The position numbers were made by a program, and so were the translations under genes. DNA of 64,000 nt from Candidatus Bathyarchaeia archaeon (GTDB lineage: Archaea; Thermoproteota; Bathyarchaeia; 40CM-2-53-6). How positions within the stretch are numbered: the first letter of the stretch is position 1; the number at the start of each line of letters is the position of its first letter. The stretch is taken from positions 640,001 through 704,000 of the forward strand of contig JBEKFP010000002.1 in NCBI GenBank assembly GCA_050013255.1. The letters are read 5' to 3'. This document shows, piece after piece, positions 18,875 to 28,897 of the stretch. The notes below the pieces were generated by a model. That model had not been told where the DNA came from, ran no database searches, and saw nothing but the letters and a program-made list of their open reading frames with translations.

Positions 18875-21228
18875 GTTTCCAACTGCCCTTCGCTTACACC
18901 GAACCGTTCTAAGATCCGCATCGCGGCAGGCTTCACCTGGTTCTCCAAGTAGTACTCTCTGTCAACGTCTTCAGGTTTCACTTGGCTTGAAGGTTTGGCC
19001 TTCTGGAAAAGCTTTCCAGGTCCCTTCGTGATCACATAAGCGACCTTATCGCCAACCGTTAGGGTCCAACCCTCCTTCATCAATCGCTTAGCAACCTCAA
19101 CGTGGGGCGTTCTCACAACGTACTTTTCAATGGGTTTGGTCAACGTTTTCCGAATCGTAAGGTCAGCGAGCGGCACTTTCCCCTTTTGCAGTTTGCGTAT
19201 AGTCGCCTTGACTGCCTCAACAGCTTCCTCTAGAGATTGATCACGTAGGATCTTCCCCAATACTTCTTCTTGGACTTGGCGCGCAATATCAGACCAATCG
19301 CCGCGAACAACCTCTAACCCGACTATGTCTAAGGAATCATCTGGGAGAAGGCCTGCATACCGCTTCATCGCCTCCGTGAACATGACCCGGCGGTATTCTC
19401 GTTCAACCCTGATTTCCAGTCCGAGCTCATCTTCAACCCAATCGAGGAGCTGCTTGACCTTCGCGCGCTCATTCTTGACGAAGAGTGAGTCAGTGTCGCC
19501 GTAGATTATTGAGAGCCCGAGGGATTCTGCTTTCGTTATGGTTTTGGTAATCGTCTCTCGCCCCAGGGCGGCGGCGGATTCTGCAACCTCCCGGACATGC
19601 CACCGCGCGCCTGCCCACCCCGCGTAACCGTAGCACGCGTTCGTTATCACCTTCAGAGCCCTTTCACGTTCCTTCAGGACCTTATAGCCAGTCGACTTGG
19701 GACTCGCTCCCTTCAGCAAGGCTTTGATTGACAACCGCTCGTGAATGAGCGTGGCGAGTACTGTTTTGTACAAGCCGTCCGGTTTTGTCTTGAACCGGTG
19801 GTTCACTTCAGGAATGATGAACACTGAGTCTTCAGGAACGCTTTCGCCTGGTTTGATGAATGTATCGGGTGAGAGGTTGTACTTTTCCATGAGGGTGGGG
19901 TACATGGAGGCGAAGTCAAGTACCGCAACGTCGTCATGCAACCCAGTCTTGGGCTCAAGCACAATTGCACCCCTATACGTGAAGTATGGTTGCTCATTCC
20001 TCCCCGGAATCAACTCTCCTATTTGATGGGCCTTGCGAATCAAATACGAGTCGACGCGAAACCCAGTCGCCGCAGCCATAACCTGGTCGAGCGGCAACCC
20101 TGTTAGAGCGGAAAGTTGCATCGGAAAAATCATTGTTTCTCTCGCCAGCTCTAACGAAGCCTGGGCCGACATGCTTGCGTTTTCGATCAGTTTTCTTCTT
20201 CCGGACTCCTCAGCCCATAACGAAGACCTGTCCCATTCTTCGAACGTTGTGAACTTTACAGCGGAATCAAGTTGAAGATATTTGGCAACGTTTTCGAGCG
20301 TCTTCACTTTGACTTCAGGGATACCACTTGCCACGTCGAAGAGGTCTAGGTTTGCTCTGCCAGCTACTGAAACGTGGCCGTAGACGCTGGTATGCGGTTC
20401 ACTGGAATCCCGTCCCACCGCCAACTTGAATTTGACGGCTTTTGATCGTTGGATCAGGTACAGCCAATCTTGTGTGTTGGTCTGGAAGCCGACGATGATA
20501 TCCGGGTCGTAGCCCTTTACGAATTCGACGAAATCTTTTAGGACCTTTACATCGTCCTTTTCGGAAACAAGAGTTGCCGATTTTCCTGAGGTTGTCGCTA
20601 GGGCTATCGCTCGAATGGGGTCGCTCTCAGGCTTCGCTGAACCTTTCTCCCCCACCGTGAGCGTGTAGAAAGCAAGGATTCGAAGGGTTGGAACAGTATC
20701 GTCGGCAACACTCTTGGGCGCTGTAGACGCGACGTAAGCATCGTACCCTTCAGCCCCATCGAGCTTTATTTTGTCGGTTTCGCATTCGTTCCAACCGCAC
20801 GGGGTCAACATCAGGTCGGCCATGTAGCGGACTGGGAGCCTTAGGTCGTTCTCAAAGCCCTCGCCCTTGCCTACTAGCTTCTGCAACTCTTTCGAGTAGC
20901 CTGATCGCACGTCGGACGTAGCGCAGGTTATCTTCAGCACTTTGCATTCTTGGCCAAGGTGCTTTTTTGTTTCGATTGATACGCTAATTATTCCTGGAAA
21001 ATGCTTCTTGTCCTCGATGACCTTCTGCCTAATTGTCTCGAGGTCGTCTTGCTGGTTTGGTAGAAAATAGCCGTAAGGCATTATCAGGTTGCTGAGTATG
21101 CAAATTCTAGCGCCCTTCTCGTCCACGCCCCAAAACCTGACGCAAGGTTTCCCTTCCCACTCCACTTCATTATCATCGAGTAGGTAGAATCGAGATCTCA
21201 CTAGGCCATCACCCTTACTCATGCCCAA
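18871..21228 (-). CDS. polB: Family B DNA polymerase, PolB3-like, with degenerate exonuclease motifs
   Basis: DFASMYP, KVITNACYGY and YGDTDS are intact; ExoI reads AFYTLT instead of AFDIE. Confidence 0.93.
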   Translation of the reverse strand: MGMSKGDGLVRSRFYLLDDNEVEWEGKPCVRFWGVDEKGARICILSNLIMPYGYFLPNQQDDLETIRQKVIEDKKHFPGIISVSIETKKHLGQECKVLKITCATSDVRSGYSKELQKLVGKGEGFENDLRLPVRYMADLMLTPCGWNECETDKIKLDGAEGYDAYVASTAPKSVADDTVPTLRILAFYTLTVGEKGSAKPESDPIRAIALATTSGKSATLVSEKDDVKVLKDFVEFVKGYDPDIIVGFQTNTQDWLYLIQRSKAVKFKLAVGRDSSEPHTSVYGHVSVAGRANLDLFDVASGIPEVKVKTLENVAKYLQLDSAVKFTTFEEWDRSSLWAEESGRRKLIENASMSAQASLELARETMIFPMQLSALTGLPLDQVMAAATGFRVDSYLIRKAHQIGELIPGRNEQPYFTYRGAIVLEPKTGLHDDVAVLDFASMYPTLMEKYNLSPDTFIKPGESVPEDSVFIIPEVNHRFKTKPDGLYKTVLATLIHERLSIKALLKGASPKSTGYKVLKERERALKVITNACYGYAGWAGARWHVREVAESAAALGRETITKTITKAESLGLSIIYGDTDSLFVKNERAKVKQLLDWVEDELGLEIRVEREYRRVMFTEAMKRYAGLLPDDSLDIVGLEVVRGDWSDIARQVQEEVLGKILRDQSLEEAVEAVKATIRKLQKGKVPLADLTIRKTLTKPIEKYVVRTPHVEVAKRLMKEGWTLTVGDKVAYVITKGPGKLFQKAKPSSQVKPEDVDREYYLENQVKPAAMRILERFGVSEGQLET

Positions 21229-21688
21229 CCTTCACGACCTGTTTCTTGAAGCTCATTCGCATCCGCAGTGCAGCTGAACCGTCTGAGTAATAATTCTCTA
21301 GAACCATCATACGTGCAAAGTCGAACTTCTCGTAAAGTTTGATGGCCTCTTTGTTATCCTGTTTTACTTCAAGCCAGAGCTCTTCTACCCGGTGTGCCTC
21401 TAGGTATTCTATGAGGTTCTCGAGTAGTGCTGTCGCTACGCCTTTTCTACGGCCCTCAGTGAGAACCGCGATAGAAATCAAGTGGGCTAGCCTACCCTCT
21501 ATGGAGGAGACGCAGTACCCGACCAGTGCGCCATTCCCATTTTCCGCCACTAGGAAATAGTTTCCAATTTCATCTAGCAATCGGTTGAGTAGGTGGCGGG
21601 GATATGGGTCGGAGAAGGAATTATCCTCGATTAGGCAAATGGCCTGAAGGTCTGTTGCCGATGCGGGTCGAATTCGCAAACTTTTCAC
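21215..21688 (-). CDS. rimI: RimI/Ard1-like N-terminal acetyltransferase
   Basis: HLISIAV, RRKGVATAL, LEVKQDN, AIKLYEK, YYSDG. Confidence 0.88.
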   Translation of the reverse strand: MKSLRIRPASATDLQAICLIEDNSFSDPYPRHLLNRLLDEIGNYFLVAENGNGALVGYCVSSIEGRLAHLISIAVLTEGRRKGVATALLENLIEYLEAHRVEELWLEVKQDNKEAIKLYEKFDFARMMVLENYYSDGSAALRMRMSFKKQVVKVGHE

Positions 21689-21786
21689 AGGGCATCCGGC
21701 TCAGTTTCGATTAGTCTAAGTCCTAGGAAAGTTAAATATGGCGAACTGGGTTGACCAGCCCGAATATTCACTTGGATGTGTGACGA

Positions 21787-22188
21787 CTGTCGGAGAAGAA
21801 AGTACCTCAGCGCTGGGGTATAGCGAATATCTATTCCTCGTTCAACAATACCATGGTTCACATAACGGACCTCAGCGGTGCTGAAACCATCTCCCGTAGC
21901 GCCGGGGGACAGCACGTAAAGGCGGACCGGCTTCAAGGGTCGCCTTACGCTGCGATGCAAGCTGCCGCGGCAGCAGCCCGTGTGGCTAAGGACAGAGGAA
22001 TCACATCCCTTCACATCAGAGTCAGGGCCCCAGGCGGCCACAAAGCGAGAACCCCAGGCCCAGGAGCTCAAGCTGCAATCAGAATGCTCGCGCGAACAGG
22101 TTTCAGGATCGGCCGAATCGAGGACGTTACCCCGGTTCCACATGATGGTACACGCAGGCCCGGCGGTCGCCGGGGCAGACGCGTATAA
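21787..22188 (+). CDS. rps11: 30S ribosomal protein S11 (uS11), probable CTG start
   Basis: [13 protein letters not shown]...HITDLSG...SPYAAM...PGPGAQAA...[16 protein letters not shown]. The conserved N-terminus lies upstream of the track's ATG 21853. Confidence 0.95.
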   Translation: MSEKKVPQRWGIANIYSSFNNTMVHITDLSGAETISRSAGGQHVKADRLQGSPYAAMQAAAAAARVAKDRGITSLHIRVRAPGGHKARTPGPGAQAAIRMLARTGFRIGRIEDVTPVPHDGTRRPGGRRGRRV

Positions 22189-22212
22189 CCGTCGAACATA
22201 CCGCAGCGATCA

Positions 22213-22533
22213 GTGGACCAAATGCTCTCAATTCATCCTTCACTTGTTGAAAGACTTCGTCAGACGCTACTTGCGGATGGCTTTTCTAGCGCTGGAATAT
22301 TCCAGATTTGGAAGAGAGGGCAGGTTTTCGGCTATATCCGCCGCCTACGGTTTGATCTGGAGTGGCATGTGAGGGCTTATGCCGACGGACGCTTAGAGTC
22401 TGAGCTTGAACCGCCCCGAAACACAATTAGGCACCTACTCGTCAATCCCTACCAATCAGATGGCATGTTAGCCCTGCTTCTCAGCAACACCAAATCCCAT
22501 TTTGGACCGCTCAGTAACTTACCTGGTTATTGA
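22213..22533 (+). CDS. Hypothetical protein
   Basis: Globular-looking core (GQVFG...WHVRAYADGRLESELE); 3' end uncertain. Confidence 0.6.
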   Translation: MDQMLSIHPSLVERLRQTLLADGFSSAGIFQIWKRGQVFGYIRRLRFDLEWHVRAYADGRLESELEPPRNTIRHLLVNPYQSDGMLALLLSNTKSHFGPLSNLPGY

Positions 22534-22540
22534 TCTTCCA

Positions 22541-23743
22541 TTGAAACGTCAGACTAAGGAAAAGAAAGTAAAAATCCCGCCCTCCCTGAGGAAACTGCTA
22601 CACCAGCATGAAGCTTGGCGGCTAGGCCAATGCCTGAACCTTCTTCCCTCGGAAAACATGTCCAGCCCAGCAGTGCGCGGAATGCTCAGCTGCGACCTCG
22701 CCAATCGGTACACGTCGCCCGAACGATTCTACATGGGAACAAAGTACATTGATCAAATCCAGACCGAGACTGAGACATTAGCGAAAGAAATCTTCCGTGC
22801 CAAGTACGCGGATGTGAGGCCTCTTTCATGCCATTCCGCCGACATGATCGCCCTAACCGCATTGGCAAAGCGTGGAGACAAAATAATTACAGTCGGCCCG
22901 GGAAACGGCGGGTACCCGGGCATCTCTCAGGATGGGTACCCGAAAATTTACGGGCTCCAGGTCCTCGAATTTCCTTTCAACAGAAGAGTGTTCAACATTC
23001 ACACCGAACAGGCAAAGGCGCTCATCGAGCGGGAACGGCCAAGCGTCGTAGTTTTCGGGGCAAGCCTAATTCTCTTTCCACACCCCGTCCGAGCGTTGGC
23101 TGGTGTTTGCGAGCAAGTTGGCGCAAAGGTTCTGTTTGACGGTTCACACGTGTTGGGCTTAATCGCTGGAGGCCAATTCCAAGACCCACTGAGGGAAGGC
23201 GCAGCTGTGTTGATTGGTTCTACGCACAAGAGTTTCTTCGGCCCACAAGGGGGAATCATACTCTCAAACGCCTATGAGGAGAGCCTAAGGAAGGAAGTTC
23301 ATCCCGCCATCGTCGATAACGCCCACTGGAACTGCATCGCCGCACTTCAAGTTGCCCTCTACGAAATGAAAAGGTTCGGCAAACGGTATGCTCAGCAGGT
23401 CGTGCGCAACAGCAAAACCCTCGCAGAGGCACTGGACCAGCATGGGGTCAAGTTGCTTGGGAAGGAAGCTGGGTTCACCCAATCTCACCAGGTCATAGTC
23501 GACGTCCCATCCGAGGATGAGGGCTTTCGCCTGGCGCGGAGACTCGAGAAAGCAAACATGATCGTCGACATAGCAGTTAGGATTGGAACGAGTGAGGAGA
23601 CGAGGCGTGGGATGCGGGAAGGCGAAATGGAACAAATAGCCGAACTGATTGCTCGGGTATGGATCAGAAACGAGGACCCCGCTAGGATCAAGAAGGAAGT
23701 CTTGCGGTTAAGGCGAGATTTCCCATCTATTCATTTCGCCTAA
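22541..23743 (+). CDS. glyA: Serine hydroxymethyltransferase (start approximate)
   Basis: LNLLPSEN, DGSHVLGLIAGG, GSTHKSFFGPQGG (PLP Lys). Confidence 0.93.
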   Translation: MKRQTKEKKVKIPPSLRKLLHQHEAWRLGQCLNLLPSENMSSPAVRGMLSCDLANRYTSPERFYMGTKYIDQIQTETETLAKEIFRAKYADVRPLSCHSADMIALTALAKRGDKIITVGPGNGGYPGISQDGYPKIYGLQVLEFPFNRRVFNIHTEQAKALIERERPSVVVFGASLILFPHPVRALAGVCEQVGAKVLFDGSHVLGLIAGGQFQDPLREGAAVLIGSTHKSFFGPQGGIILSNAYEESLRKEVHPAIVDNAHWNCIAALQVALYEMKRFGKRYAQQVVRNSKTLAEALDQHGVKLLGKEAGFTQSHQVIVDVPSEDEGFRLARRLEKANMIVDIAVRIGTSEETRRGMREGEMEQIAELIARVWIRNEDPARIKKEVLRLRRDFPSIHFA

Positions 23744-24996
23744 GAGGCCCTATAGCGCAGGATCGCGGCGATCCCGCCGAAAGAATCCTTCAGCATTACA
23801 CCCTCATCAGTTTCCGTAGATATAACTGCGATGTTGGCGTTTTGTTTCTCCGCGATTTCCACCAACTCGTCTACCAAATCCGTCGTGTTCTCGATGAAGA
23901 GAGCTGATGCGTTGCATTTCTTGCAGGGAGTGGCCATGAGGTCCTGTTCGAACTTGACTAGGTTAGCTTGCGGAATGAGCGAGTCCTCAACGGCGCCGCA
24001 GTTTTTGCACTTCGTGTAGACGTGGAGTATGTTCATCTTCTCGGAAACAAGCAGAAGATCGATTATGCCCGCGGTCAAGAATTTTCTGACCTGAGTCTCT
24101 CCGTAGACGCCCAGGCCCGTTTCATGGCCGATTTCATACAGGAATTTCTGGACGAGACGTTTCTCCTCTAAGTACCTGACGCCTTTCAGAACGTCTTGGC
24201 TCTTGGAGATTATTTCCTCGACGCCCTGCTCCCCTACGTAGGACGTATCAACGGTGGCCATGATCTTCTCCTTCAACATGTAATTCAGGTAATCCCCTTC
24301 CACGAAGTCATGCTTCGTTGGCCCAGGGCCGCCTATGATCAGGCCTTTCAATCCCTGAACCTTGCCGAGTAGCTCGTATGAGTGGGTCGCAACCCTTCTG
24401 AAGTAGTCGTTCATAGCCTGCTCGCGGATCCGCTCAAAACGCCTGGCCGATTGCCCACCGGCTCTATGCTTACCAGGTATGCCCGACGTGAATTCCCGCA
24501 AGACTTCCATCCTTTGGCCTCGGACAGTAGCCACGACTGCTTCAGTAGAATCAACCACTATGACGCCAAACGCGTCCCGCTCGGTAGCCATCTCCAGTAA
24601 TGGCTCAAGGTGAAACTTCGCGTCACACCGGTAGAAGTAAATATTGATTGGTTCGGGTGGTTCGAGAACGTAGGTTTCCATCTTCTCCGTCCCGGGTCCT
24701 CCGTGTGGGATTGCCCCACAGAAAATGACTAAACCATTTTTTGGGGGCTCTTTGAAAAGCTTAAGCCTTTGCTGCACTCTCTCAATGGCTTCCAAAACGT
24801 TCTTTCGCGTCGTTCGCGATTTGATGTTTGAAGCGGTCCCGTACTCCTCACGGAGGTTAGCCATCACTTCGTGAATTCTCCGGGCTGGCGGGACATAGAG
24901 GCTTATGAGTTCGGTTCCACGACCCTCCTTGGAGGCTAGCATTTCCAATGTCCGTTTCAGCCTAAAGCGCGACACTGAATCCGAAGTCGTCGACAA
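23740..24996 (-). CDS. prf1: Peptide chain release factor aRF1
   Basis: TASNIKS, YRCDAKF and GGQS motifs. Confidence 0.97.
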   Translation of the reverse strand: MSTTSDSVSRFRLKRTLEMLASKEGRGTELISLYVPPARRIHEVMANLREEYGTASNIKSRTTRKNVLEAIERVQQRLKLFKEPPKNGLVIFCGAIPHGGPGTEKMETYVLEPPEPINIYFYRCDAKFHLEPLLEMATERDAFGVIVVDSTEAVVATVRGQRMEVLREFTSGIPGKHRAGGQSARRFERIREQAMNDYFRRVATHSYELLGKVQGLKGLIIGGPGPTKHDFVEGDYLNYMLKEKIMATVDTSYVGEQGVEEIISKSQDVLKGVRYLEEKRLVQKFLYEIGHETGLGVYGETQVRKFLTAGIIDLLLVSEKMNILHVYTKCKNCGAVEDSLIPQANLVKFEQDLMATPCKKCNASALFIENTTDLVDELVEIAEKQNANIAVISTETDEGVMLKDSFGGIAAILRYRAS

Positions 24997-25106
24997 TGGA
25001 AGGACCGTTGCGCATGGGTAACGTTCCGGATTTTATATAGGTTGGTTCGGAGGGGCATGGTTTCAGAAATCAAATAACACTCGGGACATACTATCAGTTA
25101 AGGCGT

Positions 25107-25790
25107 TTGTTTTTGAAAGCGGTGCTGAAGCTTGGCGGTTTCGCCTTCCCAGGCGGATCTGGAAAGCTTCTCGTCGAAGAATACGTGAAGTTACTCAAGG
25201 AACTTGCAGGCGAGTACCATTTTGTGGTTGTGACTGGTGGTGGCGGCGTCGCCCGCACATACATCAAAGCCGCTCGGACCATGGGTGTCACTGAGTCGCT
25301 TTGTGATCAGATAGGCATCCTGGTGAGTAGGTTGAACGCACGGCTGTTAGTTGATGGATTGGGAGAATACGCTTTCCCAGAAATCCCTGTCAGCATTGGG
25401 GACTTGAAACATTATTTTGGGTCAGGAAAAATCGTGGCCATGGGCGGACTCACACCAGGCCATTCAACCAACGCCGTTGCCGCAATCGCAGCAGAAACCG
25501 TCGGCGCCGAGCTTTTCGTAAATGCAACTGACGTTGAAGGAGTCTTCACATCCGACCCGAGCAAGGACAAGAAAGCAAAGAAGCTGGACGAAGTATCGGT
25601 CAGCAAGCTAACAGAAATCCTCTCGAAAGCCGACATCACAGCCGGAGCCTATGAACTCATGGACCCACTCGCCATCCGAATCATAGCTCGATCAAAGATA
25701 CCGACCATAATCCTGGACGGACGAACAACAGCAAACGTAATCCGAGCCCTAAGGAATGAGCATGTTGGGACCCGCGTGCTACCAGGCTAG
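25107..25790 (+). CDS. pyrH: UMP kinase
   Basis: VLKLGG, VTGGGGVAR, PGHSTNAVAA, DVEGVFTSDP. Confidence 0.93.
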   Translation: MFLKAVLKLGGFAFPGGSGKLLVEEYVKLLKELAGEYHFVVVTGGGGVARTYIKAARTMGVTESLCDQIGILVSRLNARLLVDGLGEYAFPEIPVSIGDLKHYFGSGKIVAMGGLTPGHSTNAVAAIAAETVGAELFVNATDVEGVFTSDPSKDKKAKKLDEVSVSKLTEILSKADITAGAYELMDPLAIRIIARSKIPTIILDGRTTANVIRALRNEHVGTRVLPG

Positions 25791-25802
25791 GCGGCTTGCC
25801 AT

Positions 25803-26081
25803 TTGAAGTTAAGCGACGTTTTTCAATCCAAAGCACAGGTCAGGCTACTGGAATATTTCCTAGACAACGCGGGAACACAACGCGTCTTCAACCAGGCACT
25901 CCTAGCAAACCTTCTTGGCCTATCGCCATCAACAATTGCCCGTATTGTCGAGCCCCTAATCAAAGAGAAGATAATACTCTTCGAAAAGTTTGACGAGGGC
26001 ATGAAAATCTTTACGCTTAACGAGGCTGAAGAGAAAACTAGAGCCCTCGTAGAATTCCACAAGAGGCTAAAAGAACTCTAG
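25803..26081 (+). CDS. Winged-helix DNA-binding protein
   Basis: Helix-turn-helix-like LANLLGLSPSTIARIVEPL followed by a wing. Confidence 0.75.
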   Translation: MKLSDVFQSKAQVRLLEYFLDNAGTQRVFNQALLANLLGLSPSTIARIVEPLIKEKIILFEKFDEGMKIFTLNEAEEKTRALVEFHKRLKEL

Positions 26082-26096
26082 GAGAGTTCCTTCGAA

Positions 26097-26243
26097 TTAC
26101 TTATTCTCAGTCTTAGCGACCGAGCGAAATTTGTCCGCCAGGGAATCACAAATCAGTGAACAGACGCGCCATTGCCGTAGGTTATAGTTTATTCTTAGCT
26201 CTTCGAGTGCTTCGACTACTTTGTCTTCTTCTTCTGGCGTCAA
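26097..26243 (-). CDS. Putative 48-aa protein
   Basis: Manual translation (M)TPEEEDKVVEALEELRINYNLRQWRVCSLICDSLADKFRSVAKTENK from TTG; fills the gap downstream of cutA. Confidence 0.4.
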   Translation of the reverse strand: MTPEEEDKVVEALEELRINYNLRQWRVCSLICDSLADKFRSVAKTENK

Positions 26244-26357
26244 TGTTTTTTTCCCAACTGAAGGTCGGCGAATATTTGGGCGGCCTATTAAGTGTTCCCC
26301 GAATTTCTCAAAGCAAGGATGAAAATTCCAAAAAGTACTCGAATTCCATTTGCGGAA

Positions 26358-26678
26358 CTAAACTTCGCTGAGTAGCTCTCTGTCCATCCATGCGAGGTAG
26401 GGTCGGGACCCGCGGTCGATTTTGAGAGAGACTATCTCAGGCACCTCATAGCTATGTAGCGCGAGAATTCGTCGCCTCAATTTTGAGAAAATCTTTGAGT
26501 CGGTTTTGATTATCAGGAGCCATTCGCGTTCTTTCATGACCTTCCCTTTCCACCTATAGCATGAAATGACGGGGGCAATGTTCACGCATGCGGCTAGTCG
26601 CCTATGAACCAAGTCTCCAGCTATTTCGTGGGCTTCTCGAATGTTTCCGCAGGTCGAGAGAACTATGCTTCGGGGCAT
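26358..26678 (-). CDS. cutA: Divalent-cation tolerance protein CutA
   Basis: LAACVN, YRWKG, LHSYEVPEI. Confidence 0.92.
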   Translation of the reverse strand: MPRSIVLSTCGNIREAHEIAGDLVHRRLAACVNIAPVISCYRWKGKVMKEREWLLIIKTDSKIFSKLRRRILALHSYEVPEIVSLKIDRGSRPYLAWMDRELLSEV

Positions 26679-26735
26679 CTTGTGTCCCAGAAAGGTTTTA
26701 GTTGAGCACCCTAATTTCACTGCCGAAGATTTCAA

Positions 26736-27908
26736 ATGGATCCATTTTTCTCTTTCTTAGTAGTCTATCTCGCAATCTGGGTCCTCATATGCATTGCGTG
26801 GTGGGCGTTTAGGGCTGAGAGGTTCGGCGTTTCCGGGCTCCCGTTCTACATAATTTACCGAACGACACGGCTGAACAGGCTGATTGAAAGGATCTCGAAC
26901 TCAAAGCCCGCGGCCTGGAGAACATTTTGGAACATCGGCATCGTAACCGTCATCGGTGCGATGGTATTCATATTCTACCAACTTGCGACCAATCTGCTAA
27001 ACTTGTTCTTCCGAACCCAACAAGCTGTCTCCATCCAGCCCATAATTCCGCTTCCGGGAGTTGGGGTAAGTTTCGAAACCTTCCCATACATCGTTCTAGC
27101 CTTGTCGGTTGTTGTGGTAACACATGAACTCTCCCATGGAATTGCCAGCCTCGCCGACCACGTTCCACTCAAATCCACCGGAGCTTTCTTTGGCCACGTA
27201 TTGATGGGCGGTTTCGTTGAACCGGACGAAGAGAAGCTGACGCATGCAAGGAATTCAACTAAGCTTAGGGTCTTCGCGGCAGGCTCGTTCACAAACGCCG
27301 TGCTCGGAGTGCTCTGTATCTTTTTGCTGTTCAATTTCTCGGCCACAATCGCCCCATTCTACACGGTAACTACAACCGGCGTCGCAATCGGCTCAGTCCC
27401 CTCGAACCTACCCGCACATTCTTCCGGCCTTCAGGCAGGGGATATTGTAACGAGCATAAATGGAACAAAGATCACTGGCATCAACGACCTGCGCCAATAC
27501 ATGGCTGGAGTAATCCCAGGGGACGAAATTGCAGTCGGCACTCCACGCGGAACTTTCACGGTCAAGACGGGAGTGGATCAGACCAACTCAAGTCACGCCA
27601 TAATTGGAATAGGCGGGTTGACGGATAACGTTGTTTACAACCCTAAGGTCCAAGGCTGGTCAAGTGAATTCCCCCCAGTCCTCTTGCACGCCGAGTTCTG
27701 GCTTTCCGTTGTCCTCATCAGCGTCGCATTGATCAACATGCTTCCAATGTACCCGTTTGATGGAGACAAATTCCTCGACACCGCCCTGAACGTACTTGGA
27801 ATTACGAAAACGAAACAGATTCGCGCAGCAGCAAATCTCGCTGCCTACACACTTCTCTTCTTGAATGTGGGTTTGTCGCTTCTCAGGTTTGGTTTCCTGA
27901 GGTACTAA
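26736..27908 (+). CDS. Site-2 protease (M50) with PDZ domain
   Basis: HELSH, GGFVEPD, AAGSFTN, NMLPMYPFDG, GLQAGDIV. Confidence 0.92.
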   Translation: MDPFFSFLVVYLAIWVLICIAWWAFRAERFGVSGLPFYIIYRTTRLNRLIERISNSKPAAWRTFWNIGIVTVIGAMVFIFYQLATNLLNLFFRTQQAVSIQPIIPLPGVGVSFETFPYIVLALSVVVVTHELSHGIASLADHVPLKSTGAFFGHVLMGGFVEPDEEKLTHARNSTKLRVFAAGSFTNAVLGVLCIFLLFNFSATIAPFYTVTTTGVAIGSVPSNLPAHSSGLQAGDIVTSINGTKITGINDLRQYMAGVIPGDEIAVGTPRGTFTVKTGVDQTNSSHAIIGIGGLTDNVVYNPKVQGWSSEFPPVLLHAEFWLSVVLISVALINMLPMYPFDGDKFLDTALNVLGITKTKQIRAAANLAAYTLLFLNVGLSLLRFGFLRY

Positions 27909-27912
27909 GGCT

Positions 27913-28836
27913 GTGGATACTGCAACTTGCACCTATTGCTCAGGGAATGCAGTTTACACGAGGGAGTATGAAGGCGTCTCCTTCTGCTCCAAGTGTTTTC
28001 GTCACGCCCTAGAGGAAAAAGTGCGCAAAACTATCACATGCCATCAAATGCTTGACTACGACGACCATGTCGCGGTCGCCGTTTCCGGCGGAAAGGACAG
28101 TTTAACACTGCTCAACGTTCTTGTAAGGTTGGAAGGCCGGTTTCCCAAGAGCCGCCTCACCGCGGTTTGCGTGGACGAAGGCATCGATGGGTATAGGGAT
28201 GAGGCGCTCGAACTTGCTCGCAGGGCCTGCAGCCGGCTGGGCGTCGAACAAGTAGTAGTCTCGTACCGTGAACTTTTTGGCGTTACGACCGATGAGATCG
28301 CTGGGTTGAAGTTAGGGCAAACGCCTTGCGCATATTGTGGCGTATTTCGGCGAAAGGCAATCAACAAGGCTGCAGCCAAGATTGGAGCCACAAAAATCGC
28401 GACAGCACATAACTTGGATGATGAAGTGCAGACAGTACTCCTCAACATGTTGCATGGCGACCCCATGAGGATCGTGCGCTCAGGCCCATTTCTCAAAGAC
28501 TCAAGAGGGAAGTTCCTACCACGCATCAAACCTCTCTCAGACATCCCCGAGAAAGAGATAGTTCTCTACGCCTACCTGAACCGACTGGAATTTCAGAGCA
28601 TCGAATGCCCACATGGACATGAGGCCCTAAGAAACGACATCCGAGCTTTCCTGAACCAGCTGGAGCAAAAGCACCCCGGAAGCAAGTTTACGTTGCAAAG
28701 AGCCGCCGAAAGACTGCGCGATACATTGACCGAGACAACCCAAATCACGGAATTGCGTCAATGCGAAAAATGCGGTGACCCAACCCCACACCAGCTTTGT
28801 GAAGCCTGCGTAATGCTTGAAACTATCACAGCTTGA
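27913..28836 (+). CDS. tRNA 2-thiolation protein, Ncs6/TtuA (TIGR00269) family
   Basis: SGGKDS, CAYCGVFRR, HNLDD, terminal Zn fingers. Confidence 0.9.
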   Translation: MDTATCTYCSGNAVYTREYEGVSFCSKCFRHALEEKVRKTITCHQMLDYDDHVAVAVSGGKDSLTLLNVLVRLEGRFPKSRLTAVCVDEGIDGYRDEALELARRACSRLGVEQVVVSYRELFGVTTDEIAGLKLGQTPCAYCGVFRRKAINKAAAKIGATKIATAHNLDDEVQTVLLNMLHGDPMRIVRSGPFLKDSRGKFLPRIKPLSDIPEKEIVLYAYLNRLEFQSIECPHGHEALRNDIRAFLNQLEQKHPGSKFTLQRAAERLRDTLTETTQITELRQCEKCGDPTPHQLCEACVMLETITA

Positions 28837-28897
28837 AACCGAAGAACACGGCACTATCACTGCCGTCTTTATATGACAACCAAGGTGAGAATCAATC

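Noticed and set aside
21685-22143. 152-aa minus-strand ORF
   Set aside because: Antisense to rps11.
22470-22533. Possible frameshift at the end of the hypothetical gene (alternative frame QHQIPFWTAQ*)
   Set aside because: No slippery site and no homologue available; cannot be distinguished from a normal divergent tail.
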